Origin: Gammaproteobacteria bacterium
GTDB lineage: Bacteria > Pseudomonadota > Gammaproteobacteria > JAKDMP01
Length of the DNA: 54,770 nucleotides
Direction of reading: 5' to 3'
NCBI GenBank assembly: GCA_030452225.1
Contig: JAKDMP010000001.1
Location: forward strand, 1-54,770
Shown: positions 36,859 to 44,857 of the stretch, piece by piece
How positions within the stretch are numbered: position 1 is the stretch's first letter
Layout of the letters: each line of letters begins with the position of its first letter
Notes under the pieces: model-generated
What the model was told of the DNA's origin: nothing
What the model saw: the letters and a program-made list of their open reading frames with translations, nothing else
The model's database searches: none
Translations under genes and position numbers: made by a program

Positions 36859-37629
36859 TCAGTCCAACAGCACCGATTTCAGATTCCAGTAATCCAGGGC
36901 CAGAACATTGACCGGAACGACGTTTGCGTAATCATGCAGCGATTCGCCTTTGGTGCCGACCCGGCTGGTGATGGAATTGAGGGAACCCAGACGGGGTATG
37001 CAGGCTTTGTCCTCGAAGCGCAAATGCTGATGGAGATATTTGGCACGCTGCCGCAAGGTATCGCTCAGATGCTCGTCGCTATACGCGAACGCCGCCAGCT
37101 CACGAGCCTTGCGTCCGAATTCCAGGCATTCCTCCGCGAGGCCGAAATGCACCGATTCCACCGGCTTGAGCGCTGCCTGACGCGCCATCTCCGCGATCTG
37201 GCTCTCGGAGAAAAGCAGGTAATATTCCTGCGCCATTGCAATCAGGAGCAGATTGATGGCCCGGCGTTTGTCCGTGGGCAGATCCGACTCCGTCTGCACC
37301 CCGCTCTGCGCTACATATTTTTCGGTAAAACGTTTTGCCATCGCTGCAAGATGACGGCTGCACATCCGCCAGATCGCGCGCAAACGATAGTACAGGATTG
37401 CATTCTGCCCGCCTTCCGGATCGGCCAGCATGCGTTCCAGGCTGGCGAGCCGATCGCCCAGGGCGTCGCGCTCGCGCGTCAATAACTCTATCGTGTGCTC
37501 CGCCTGCGCTTTTTTTTCCCCGGCAGAGGGGTCGCTGGGCTTCGCACGAACCGCCCTGTCCATTTCGATTGCGCCCTGAACGCGATAACGCGGCTCGACA
37601 CGATCTTTCTTCCAGAATCGCAACTCCAT
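36859..37629 (-). CDS. Hypothetical protein (256 aa, predicted helical with a coiled-coil N-terminal third); no family recognised
   Basis: The frame is open and non-shadow-like in composition (rich in K, E, Y, F, I and N). GC is lower than in the neighbours. ATG 37629 has GGGGGT 7 nt upstream; the track start at 37644 is TTG. It is convergent with relA and lies downstream of the DUF1249 gene. Confidence 0.6.
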   Translation of the reverse strand: MELRFWKKDRVEPRYRVQGAIEMDRAVRAKPSDPSAGEKKAQAEHTIELLTRERDALGDRLASLERMLADPEGGQNAILYYRLRAIWRMCSRHLAAMAKRFTEKYVAQSGVQTESDLPTDKRRAINLLLIAMAQEYYLLFSESQIAEMARQAALKPVESVHFGLAEECLEFGRKARELAAFAYSDEHLSDTLRQRAKYLHQHLRFEDKACIPRLGSLNSITSRVGTKGESLHDYANVVPVNVLALDYWNLKSVLLD

Positions 37630-37746
37630 GCTCAGCACCCCCAAAAGCTGTTTCGAAATGGAGAAGAATCAGAGTCGTTCTTCACCACTTCCGAGCCAAA
37701 GACGTGCTGATCGGGAGCCGTGGCAAAGATACGTGAAGGTGCATTT

Positions 37747-38214
37747 TTATCCCAATTCCCGGCCGGTTGCAAGTCGAGCGCCAGGGGGCGCCTCGGCCTG
37801 CAGGCTCCGTGAGGTCGCGTCCATGCAGTACTCAAGCCACTTGTAGAGCAACACATTGGCATGCCAGCGGTGCGGCAGACGCGCCCAGGGGCGGTGGCCG
37901 GCATCATGGCCCGACAGCGGCATGGCTTCGGCGAGACGGGCGTCGTGATACAGCCGAACATGGAGGTCCGGCAGCCGCTCCGTCTCGAAATGATGCGTCA
38001 TCACGATATCCACGGTGTAGCGGGCGCGATGAGATACCTCGACATGAAGCCCGGGGCGGCCTTCCAGATGCAAGCAAAACTCGCGTGTCCAGCCCGAGGA
38101 CTCCCCAAGCAGACTCATCAGGCGGTGATAATTCGTCTCGTACAGCCCCATGAGCATGCTCAGGCTGCGCGGGCGAAACAGATCGGCGGGCAGGTTTTCG
38201 GTGCATACTTCCAT
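37747..38214 (-). CDS. DUF1249 (YqiB-like) protein
   Basis: 155 aa. ...LMGLYETNYHRLMSLL..., ...YTVDIVMTH... and ...LHVRLYHDARLAEA...LYKWLEYC... are collinear with E. coli YqiB as I remember it. Confidence 0.6.
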   Translation of the reverse strand: MEVCTENLPADLFRPRSLSMLMGLYETNYHRLMSLLGESSGWTREFCLHLEGRPGLHVEVSHRARYTVDIVMTHHFETERLPDLHVRLYHDARLAEAMPLSGHDAGHRPWARLPHRWHANVLLYKWLEYCMDATSRSLQAEAPPGARLATGRELG

Positions 38215-38279
38215 GCCTGCACGATAGCACAGTCAAAAGAAACGCATAAACCCCGAATTTTTTCGCAGGAAACCGCTCT

Positions 38280-39134
38280 TCAGGGCAGCGAATGGATCAT
38301 CTCCTGCTTGTGCAGGATCGTGGCCGCGATTTCCTCCACCGAAATCGTGGTACTGTCGAGCAACGGCACCTTGTGGCGCCGCAACAGGCGCTCGCAGTGC
38401 CCCAACTCGCGCCGGACACGTACCGGATCGGCGTAGTCGCTTTGCGGGCGCCGCCCAGTCCGGATTTGCGTCAGGCGCGCCGGATCGATGGTAAGGCCGA
38501 AGAGCCGTTCGCGCCACGGAGCCAGCGCCGGCGGCAGTTCTTCGCTATCCAGCTCTTCTTCCTCGAGCGGATAATTGGCCACGAACACGCCGTATTGCAG
38601 AGCCAGGTACAGGGAGGTGGGTGTCTTGCCCACCCGCGAAAGACCGACCAGGATGATCTGGGCCTCTTCGTAGCGGTCCGTATGCAGCCCGTCATCCGTT
38701 GCCAGGGCAAAATTGACCGCATCGATGCGGCGTAGATAGCTGCCGGTATCGCCGGCGCCATGAGCGCGACCGAGGCGGCGATTGGGGGCGATCCCGAGGG
38801 CCTGTTCCAGCCGGCCGAGAAAGGCGGTGAAAAAGTCGAAAGTGTAGGCATGTGCCGCCTCGATAATGGCTCGGGCTCGATCGTCCACGAGACTGGAGAA
38901 AACCAGCGGCGGCCGGCCGGTTCGCTCATGTTCGGCATCGATGCGAGCCACCGCGGCCCGTGCCTTGTCCTCGGATGTCACAAACGGAATGATGACCGGA
39001 CGGAAAGCAAACGATTCAAACTGCGACAGCAGGCTGTGGCCCAGCGTTTCGACCGTCACACCGGTGCCGTCCGAGACAAAAAACACCGCTCGTTTGTCCG
39101 GTTTGTCAAAATCCTGTTCAGTTGGAGGAGACAT
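38280..39134 (-). CDS. ppsR: Phosphoenolpyruvate synthase regulatory protein (bifunctional kinase/pyrophosphorylase, DUF299)
   Basis: 284 aa. The sequence reads ...VFFVSDGTG.T.ETLGHSLL.QF..., with a P-loop (ILVGLSRVGKTPTSLYLA.QYG..VANYPL..E.L) and ...LFGLTIDP.RL..IR..R.... . Confidence 0.9.
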   Translation of the reverse strand: MSPPTEQDFDKPDKRAVFFVSDGTGVTVETLGHSLLSQFESFAFRPVIIPFVTSEDKARAAVARIDAEHERTGRPPLVFSSLVDDRARAIIEAAHAYTFDFFTAFLGRLEQALGIAPNRRLGRAHGAGDTGSYLRRIDAVNFALATDDGLHTDRYEEAQIILVGLSRVGKTPTSLYLALQYGVFVANYPLEEEELDSEELPPALAPWRERLFGLTIDPARLTQIRTGRRPQSDYADPVRVRRELGHCERLLRRHKVPLLDSTTISVEEIAATILHKQEMIHSLP

Positions 39135-39855
39135 ATTTCTCGCGACGGATGCGTGGATTGGTAAAGCCCCGCTCCTTGAGCAGGGCGACGGACTCGTCGA
39201 TCATGATCGGGTTGCCGCAAAGATACACGATGTCGCGCTCCGGATCCAGATTGATTTCCGCAAGTTGCTGCTGAACATAGCCGTAACGGCCGATGTCGTT
39301 GCCGTTCGGCCGATGACGGCTGAATGAAGGTTCAAAGCGGAAATTTTCCAGCTCCCGGGCCAGCAATTCGAAGTCGCCGGCAAACAGCAGCTCATCGGGC
39401 CCGCGCACCCCGAGAAGCAGGCTTGCCTGGAAGCCCTGTTGCGCGATGCGGTCGCCGAGCGCCGGCAGCATGGCCCGATACGGCGAGACGCCGGTCCCCG
39501 TCGCCAGGAGAACGTAGCGCGACGGCGGGTCGTCGCGAAGCACGAAGCGGCCGAAAGGCCCCGTTGCATGGAGCCGCTCGCCGGGCTGCAGGTCCAAAAG
39601 GATACCGGTGGCACGGCCATTCGGCACTTCGGTGACGGCAATTTCGATTTCCCGCGGGCCCCTCCCGTCGGGAATGGTGGCAATCGAGTAGCTGCGGCGC
39701 AACACCCTGTCCTCCCAGGGAATGTGCAGTGTCAAAAACTGTCCCGCTAGATAATCGAAGGACAAGCCGTCATCGCGCACGAAAGTGAATTTCATTACCC
39801 GCGGCGTCACATACTCTCGAGATTGTAAAATCAGGGTAAATTTCTGGTGGCTCAT
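39118..39855 (-). CDS. Ferredoxin-NADP+ reductase-type FAD/NAD(P)-binding oxidoreductase
   Basis: 245 aa. It has the FAD motif RRSYSIA, the NAD(P) motif LLATGTGVSPY and ...VYLCGNP.M..... Its 3' end overlaps the ppsR start by 17 nt. Confidence 0.8.
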   Translation of the reverse strand: MSHQKFTLILQSREYVTPRVMKFTFVRDDGLSFDYLAGQFLTLHIPWEDRVLRRSYSIATIPDGRGPREIEIAVTEVPNGRATGILLDLQPGERLHATGPFGRFVLRDDPPSRYVLLATGTGVSPYRAMLPALGDRIAQQGFQASLLLGVRGPDELLFAGDFELLARELENFRFEPSFSRHRPNGNDIGRYGYVQQQLAEINLDPERDIVYLCGNPIMIDESVALLKERGFTNPRIRREKYVSSN

Positions 39856-39957
39856 CTCAATCCGTCAATGTCAAAGCAGCGACGCAACCAAAGCGACAAC
39901 CGTTTATTTTCTCACTTCCGGCACGGCCCTGCAGAACGTCCCGCGCCGCTTCGGCTC

Positions 39958-40590
39958 ATGCGGCCCGCGCGCGCCTTGGCGGTGTTCGCGATTGCGGCCA
40001 CCACCGCCGCCGTCGCGGTGGCCTGGGTCGACCGCGCGCTCGCGTTGATGATTGCCGCGTGGCTGCCGCCGGGCGTGGACGTGCCGATGAACGTGCCGGA
40101 TCTCCTGCTGGAATTCGTCGTCGCCGTGACGCTGGCCAGCTTTCTCGTCTGGGTGTGGATCCGATGGCGCGGCGGCTTTCCCAGGCTTCAGCGGATCGCC
40201 CCCCTGCTTGGCATCGTCGCCCCGCTGTCCCTCGCGCTGAAGTTCATTGCCAAATGGGTGTTCGGCCGCACGCAATCCAGGTGGTTCATCGATCATCCGG
40301 GCTCTTACTCGTTTCACTGGTTCGACGGGCAGGGCGTACACCTCGGCTTCCCCTCGGGCCACATGCTGGTTGCGACGGCCGTGGTTCTGGTGGTGCTTGC
40401 CGTTTTCCCGCGCCTGCGCTTCATCGGCTGGCTCGCACTGATCGCGCTGGCCGTGGCGCTCCTGCTCACTTCCTACCACTATCTCGGGGACCTCATCGCG
40501 GGCTGGCTGCTGGGTGCGGCCCTGGCCTGGGTCATCCTTGCCGCAGACGCTCGACTGCGGCCGGCAGAAAACGCTCGAACACCGTCCTGA
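39958..40590 (+). CDS. PAP2-superfamily membrane phosphatase
   Basis: Several TM helices. The PAP2 motifs are KWVFGRTQS (KxxxxxxRP-like), FPSGH and TSYHYLGDLIAG (SRxxxxxHxxxD-like). The start is uncertain: the track gives GTG 39847, which overlaps the divergent FNR start, with ATG 39868 or ATG 39958 as alternatives. The 3' end overlaps convergent hutG by 59 nt. Confidence 0.7.
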   Translation: MRPARALAVFAIAATTAAVAVAWVDRALALMIAAWLPPGVDVPMNVPDLLLEFVVAVTLASFLVWVWIRWRGGFPRLQRIAPLLGIVAPLSLALKFIAKWVFGRTQSRWFIDHPGSYSFHWFDGQGVHLGFPSGHMLVATAVVLVVLAVFPRLRFIGWLALIALAVALLLTSYHYLGDLIAGWLLGAALAWVILAADARLRPAENARTPS

Positions 40591-41338
40591 GCCGGCCTTG
40601 TGCCCGGTCGAACAGCGGTTCACCCGAACTTTCACCCGGCCGCTCCGGGTCGAGATACACGGCCCAACTCATCTCGATCTGCAGCGCCTCCACGCCCGTT
40701 TCACGACCGCCGCTTTCGGTAATCCAGCCGCCCTTGTAGGGCGCGTTCACGGCCACCGAAAACCCGTTCGCCAGATAGGCTTCCCGCACCGTTTCGGTCA
40801 ACCAGGCAGCGCAACTCCTGCCGTCGCGATCGCCCAGCATGATGTCATTGGCGAGCGGGCCGCTGATGCGGTTGGCCGCCGGGGTCACGCTGTGAAGATC
40901 GAGCTGGATCACGGTGTCCGCCGCCCTGCTCCGGGCGCGCAGCTCCGCCAGGGCGCGATGGTACGGCTCGTAAATGCCGCGCCTTGCGGTTTCGGTTTCC
41001 TCTTCTGTCGGCGGGTCGGCAAACACCTCGCTGCCGTCGAAACTGCGGCGCGGTACGAGCCCGGTTTCATAACGCCCCGGGTAGAGCGCCTCGCCGCCGG
41101 GCGGGCGATTGAGATCGATCACGAAGCGGCTCACCTCGGCGGCGATGACCGTGACACCCAATGACGGCAGAAAGTCGAAGAGTTTCGCCATGTGCCAGTC
41201 GGTCATGGGAAGGCCCCGCATGGCATCGGAGGCCAGGCGCCGTGCATAGCCCGCGGGCATCGCAACGCCCGTATGCGGGATGCTCGCGACCACCGGCAAG
41301 GCCTCGCCCCGGGCAGAAAAAATCCGGTAAGGAGTCAT
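40532..41338 (-). CDS. hutG: N-formylglutamate amidohydrolase
   Basis: From ATG 41338 (ATGA overlap with the hutF stop) the sequence is ...VVASIPHTGV..P, then ...TDWH...LFDFL...G...I.AE.SRFVIDLNRP... and ...LDLHS.... The upstream 211 codons of the 479-aa track ORF overlap hutF in another frame and were rejected. Confidence 0.85.
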   Translation of the reverse strand: MTPYRIFSARGEALPVVASIPHTGVAMPAGYARRLASDAMRGLPMTDWHMAKLFDFLPSLGVTVIAAEVSRFVIDLNRPPGGEALYPGRYETGLVPRRSFDGSEVFADPPTEEETETARRGIYEPYHRALAELRARSRAADTVIQLDLHSVTPAANRISGPLANDIMLGDRDGRSCAAWLTETVREAYLANGFSVAVNAPYKGGWITESGGRETGVEALQIEMSWAVYLDPERPGESSGEPLFDRAQGRLRTVFERFLPAAVERLRQG

Positions 41339-42672
41339 GCTTTTCCGACCAGTTCTTTCACGCAGGCATGATAGCGGGCGGCGCTTTCCGACTTGCCCGC
41401 CCAGTTGCCCTTCTCGACCCGGGGCTCGCCGCCCACAACCACTGCAGCGATATCGGCGCGGCTCCCGCCGACCACCAGGGCCTCCAGCCAGCGCCCGGGC
41501 GACAGTCCGATGAGGACATCGGCTTCGCCCTCCAGCACGACGAAATCCGCCGCCGCGCCGGGCTCGATGCGCCCGACCGGCAAACCGAGCGCCGCCGCGC
41601 CGCCGGTGGCGACGCGTCGCCACAGGGCCTCGCCCAGGCCCCGCGCATCGCTGAAGCGCGCCCGCGCCCGGTCGCGCAGGCGCTGGCCGTACTCCAGCCA
41701 GCGCAGTTCCTCCACCGCATCGATGCGCGCATTGGCATCGGAGCCGATCGCGATTTCTCCGCCCGGGGCAAGGTAATCCCGGCCCGGAAACAGGCCATCG
41801 CCCAGATAGGCTTCCGTGAGCGGACAAACCACGACCCGCGCCCCCGCCGCGCGCACCGCTTCCAACTCTTCTCGTCCGGCATGGGTCGCGTGTACCAGCG
41901 ACCAATGCGCGTCGAGCGCGACCGAGTCGAGCAGCAACTCGACCGGCCTTCGCCCGCTCGCTGCCAGGCAATCTTCCACCTCGCGCGCCTGCTCGGCGAT
42001 ATGAATATGCACCGGGATTCCACCGCCCAGGATATCGCGCACGGCAGACAGCGAGGGCGCAACGTCTTGCACTGCGACCGCACGCAGCGAGTGAAAGGCG
42101 AGGCCCGGCCGGATCGGTTTGAGCGTTTCCAGCAAGCCGAGAAAGTCTTCCAGTTGCTCATGCAGGAATCTCGCTTGACCCGGACCCGCCGGTCGGCCAA
42201 AGCCGCCGCGCTGGTAGAGCACCGGCAACAGGCGCAGCCGGATGCCGGCATCGCGCGCCGCTTCGACGACCGCCTCGGCCATCTCCGGGCCGGGTGCGCC
42301 GTCGGGCGCATGATGAAGATAGTGAAACTCCGCCACCGACGTGAAGCCGGCCGCGAGCATCTCGCCATAGGCAAAGCGCGCAATCGCGTACATCGCCTCG
42401 GCATCAACGCGGGCGGCGAGCCGGTACATCGCCTCGCGCCAACTCCAGAAGGAATCTTCGCCGTGCCGCGCCTCGCCGAGACCGGACAAGGCACGCTGGA
42501 ACACGTGGCTGTGAGCATTCGGCATGCCGGGCAACGCGAGCGTGCCGTCCCAGTTGCCCTTCGCAGCCTCGATCGAGCGAATCATCCCGGCCTCGTCCAC
42601 CACCACGGCACGATCACGCTGCAATCCGTCCGGCGTCAAAAGGTAACGAAAATTCAGGCGTCGTTCACTCAC
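41335..42672 (-). CDS. hutF: Formimidoylglutamate deiminase
   Basis: 445 aa with a GTG start. The sequence reads ...LPGMPNAHSHVFQRA..GL.E........SFWSWRE.MYR.......E......A...Y.EML.AG.T.VAEFHY.HH..DG... Confidence 0.88.
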   Translation of the reverse strand: MSERRLNFRYLLTPDGLQRDRAVVVDEAGMIRSIEAAKGNWDGTLALPGMPNAHSHVFQRALSGLGEARHGEDSFWSWREAMYRLAARVDAEAMYAIARFAYGEMLAAGFTSVAEFHYLHHAPDGAPGPEMAEAVVEAARDAGIRLRLLPVLYQRGGFGRPAGPGQARFLHEQLEDFLGLLETLKPIRPGLAFHSLRAVAVQDVAPSLSAVRDILGGGIPVHIHIAEQAREVEDCLAASGRRPVELLLDSVALDAHWSLVHATHAGREELEAVRAAGARVVVCPLTEAYLGDGLFPGRDYLAPGGEIAIGSDANARIDAVEELRWLEYGQRLRDRARARFSDARGLGEALWRRVATGGAAALGLPVGRIEPGAAADFVVLEGEADVLIGLSPGRWLEALVVGGSRADIAAVVVGGEPRVEKGNWAGKSESAARYHACVKELVGKA

Positions 42673-42763
42673 GGAACCCCGTCTCTCAGCTTTGTCAGAA
42701 GATTCATCTTATGCTACGGTGCCATGTCGAATTTGCACAATTCAATCCAGCTATGAGGCAACG

Positions 42764-43393
42764 ATGAAAAGAGCATGCATGGTGCTGACCGCGGCGGCCC
42801 TGCTTGTGCCTGCGGTCACGTTCGCCGCAGCGCCCTCGCAGACGGCTCCATCTCCCAAAACGGCTTCGCAAGCGGCCGGCCTGTCGAAATGGACAATCCC
42901 CTACGTCGGCTTTTTCACGGGATTTCATCGGTCGAGTCTGGATGATTTCAGCACGGAGACCGGATCCATGACCGGCGTACGAGCAGGGTGGAACGTTCTG
43001 GTGGGCATCTCGGGAGTCCACTTTGTCCTTGGAGGCAGCATTTTCTACAGCTGGAACGCGGATCAGACCCATCAATCCTGCACGGCCGCGGGATGCAGCA
43101 GTATCAACGTCGGCTCGACCGTTTTCGGTTTCGATGCGCGCATTGGTTATCCATTCGGCGGCGACGGGCAGTTCATGGCATACATCCACGGCGGGCCCAG
43201 CCACATCGGCTTTACCGGAGGCTCCACGACTTTGAGCGACAACTCGACGTCGCGTTACGGCCTGGGCTTTGTGTGGGCGCCGGACAATTCGCCTTTCAGA
43301 ATCGACCTGCAATATACCCACGTCGGTTACGGCGCAGGCGTCGGCAACTGGACGAACGACAATCTGACGCTCGGAATCCACATCGGATTTTGA
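42764..43393 (+). CDS. Small outer-membrane beta-barrel protein (OMP_b-brl / OmpW-Opa-like)
   Basis: From ATG 42764 (GAGG SD) there is a signal peptide (MKRACMVLTAAALLVPAVTFA|A), alternating beta-strand patterns and a C-terminal ...LTLGIHIGF. It lies between hutF and hutI. Confidence 0.65.
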   Translation: MKRACMVLTAAALLVPAVTFAAAPSQTAPSPKTASQAAGLSKWTIPYVGFFTGFHRSSLDDFSTETGSMTGVRAGWNVLVGISGVHFVLGGSIFYSWNADQTHQSCTAAGCSSINVGSTVFGFDARIGYPFGGDGQFMAYIHGGPSHIGFTGGSTTLSDNSTSRYGLGFVWAPDNSPFRIDLQYTHVGYGAGVGNWTNDNLTLGIHIGF

Positions 43394-43499
43394 CGAATGT
43401 CGAGCCATTGGGCTGAATAACGTACCGGTCGCCAAACACCCCCCGGAGCGCCTGCGCCGGGATGCCGCCGGCAAGAATCGGCGCTTCGGCTGCTATCCT

Positions 43500-44762
43500 A
43501 TGCCGATGCCTGCTTCGCATGACAAGGCTTGCGAACTTCTCGTTCACAACGCGCGGATTCACCCCTGCGTGACGGACGGCAAGATCGCCTCGGAAACGAA
43601 CTTCACCGTGCGCGGCGGCCGCATCGCCGCCATCGGAGTGGACGATGCCGTGCCCGCCCACGAACGGTTCGACGCCAAAGGCGCCCTCCTCCTGCCGGGC
43701 TTCGTGGACTGCCACACGCACCTTTGCTACGCGGGCAACCGCATGGACGAACACGCCGCGCGGCTCGAAGGCGCAAGCTACGCCGGGATTGCCAAGCGCG
43801 GCGGCGGCATCCACTCGACGGTCGCCGCCGTCGCCGCGGCGAGCGAAGACGAGCTGATCGCCGAGAGCCTCCCGCGCCTCGAGGCCCTCGTTGCCGAAGG
43901 CGCCACGACGGTGGAAATCAAGAGCGGCTACGGCCTGACCCCGGAGAACGAACTCAAGCAGTTGCGGGCCATTCGCAGGCTGGGCGAACTCTCGCCCGCC
44001 CGCATCGTCCCCACCTTCCTCGCGCTGCACGCACTGCCTGCGAACGCGGATCGCAAGCGCTATGTCAAAACCGTAATCGAAGAAACCTTGCCCGCCGTGG
44101 TTGAAGAAAAACTCGCCGACTGCGTCGACGTGTTCTGCGAGCACATGGCCTTCACGGTAGAAGAAATGCGCGCCGTTTTCGAGCGCGCGCGCGAACTGGG
44201 CCTCGCTTGCCGCGCACATAGCGACCAGCTGAGCAACCTCGGCGGCACCCGCGCCGCGGCCGGGCTGAGCGCACGTTCCTGCGATCATCTCGAATATTCG
44301 CAAGACGCCGACGTGCAGGCGTTGGCCGATACCGGCGCCGTCGCGGTGCTTCTGCCCGGCGCATTCTACTTTCTGCGCGAAAAGCAGTTGCCCCCCATCG
44401 ATGCCTTGCGCAAAGCCGGCGTGCCGATCGCAATTGCAAGCGACCTCAATCCCGGCACCTCACCGATCGCCAGCCCTCTTGCCGTCCTGCATCTTGCCTC
44501 CACGCTGTTCCGCCTGACGCCCGAAGAAGCCCTGCTCGGTCTGACCCGCCATGGCGCCGCGGCCCTCGCTTTGGAGGAGAAAGTCGGCGGTCTCGCCGTC
44601 GGCCGCCGTGCCGACTTCACGCTCTGGGATATCCCCGGTCCCGAATTTTTCTGCTACCAACTCGGCGGCATCCAGCCACACGCCGTTTACATCGAAGGCA
44701 AAGCTTATGTAGCCGATAAATTTTCCCCTCGTCATTCCCGCGTAGGCGGGAATCCAGTTTGA
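43500..44762 (+). CDS. hutI: Imidazolonepropionase
   Basis: 420 aa. The sequence reads ...LLPGFVDCHTHL.YAG.R..E...R..G.SY..I...GGGI.STV..... and ...DHLE.... The last 12 or so codons and the stop lie inside a REP-like element. Confidence 0.9.
   Translation: MPMPASHDKACELLVHNARIHPCVTDGKIASETNFTVRGGRIAAIGVDDAVPAHERFDAKGALLLPGFVDCHTHLCYAGNRMDEHAARLEGASYAGIAKRGGGIHSTVAAVAAASEDELIAESLPRLEALVAEGATTVEIKSGYGLTPENELKQLRAIRRLGELSPARIVPTFLALHALPANADRKRYVKTVIEETLPAVVEEKLADCVDVFCEHMAFTVEEMRAVFERARELGLACRAHSDQLSNLGGTRAAAGLSARSCDHLEYSQDADVQALADTGAVAVLLPGAFYFLREKQLPPIDALRKAGVPIAIASDLNPGTSPIASPLAVLHLASTLFRLTPEEALLGLTRHGAAALALEEKVGGLAVGRRADFTLWDIPGPEFFCYQLGGIQPHAVYIEGKAYVADKFSPRHSRVGGNPV
44727..44755 (+). repeat. 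REP-like element (GTCATTCC-head family)
   Basis: CCTCGTCATTCCCGCGTAGGCGGGAATCC, with stem ATTCCCGC / GCGGGAAT. It overlaps the 3' end of hutI. Confidence 0.6.
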
Positions 44763-44801
44763 ATGCATATCCTGGCCCACGGTCAGAAAATTTTTTACAC
44801 A

Positions 44802-44842
44802 GGATTCCGAATCGCGCTTCCGTGCGTCCGGAATGACGAGCC
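44802..44842 (-). repeat. REP-like element (GTCATTCC-head family), long form
   Basis: The minus strand reads GGCTCGTCATTCCGGACGCACGGAAGCGCGATTCGGAATCC. It has the same architecture as the 4271-4304 copy and is inverted relative to 44727-44755. Confidence 0.6.
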
Positions 44843-44857
44843 AAGAAGGTAACCATT

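Noticed and set aside
35117-37485. 579-aa minus-strand ORF (35117..36856) and 513-aa plus-strand ORF (35944..37485)
   Set aside because: The first is antisense to relA. The second is an off-frame read through relA and antisense to the hypothetical gene. Both are Arg/Gly/Pro-rich with no domain signatures.
41339-41971. N-terminal 211 codons of the 479-aa track ORF that contains hutG
   Set aside because: This part overlaps hutF in a different frame and is Arg/Gly-rich. The FGase homology begins at MTPYRIF, whose ATG overlaps the hutF stop as ATGA.
41161-42756. 531-aa plus-strand ORF
   Set aside because: It is antisense to hutF and has shadow composition.
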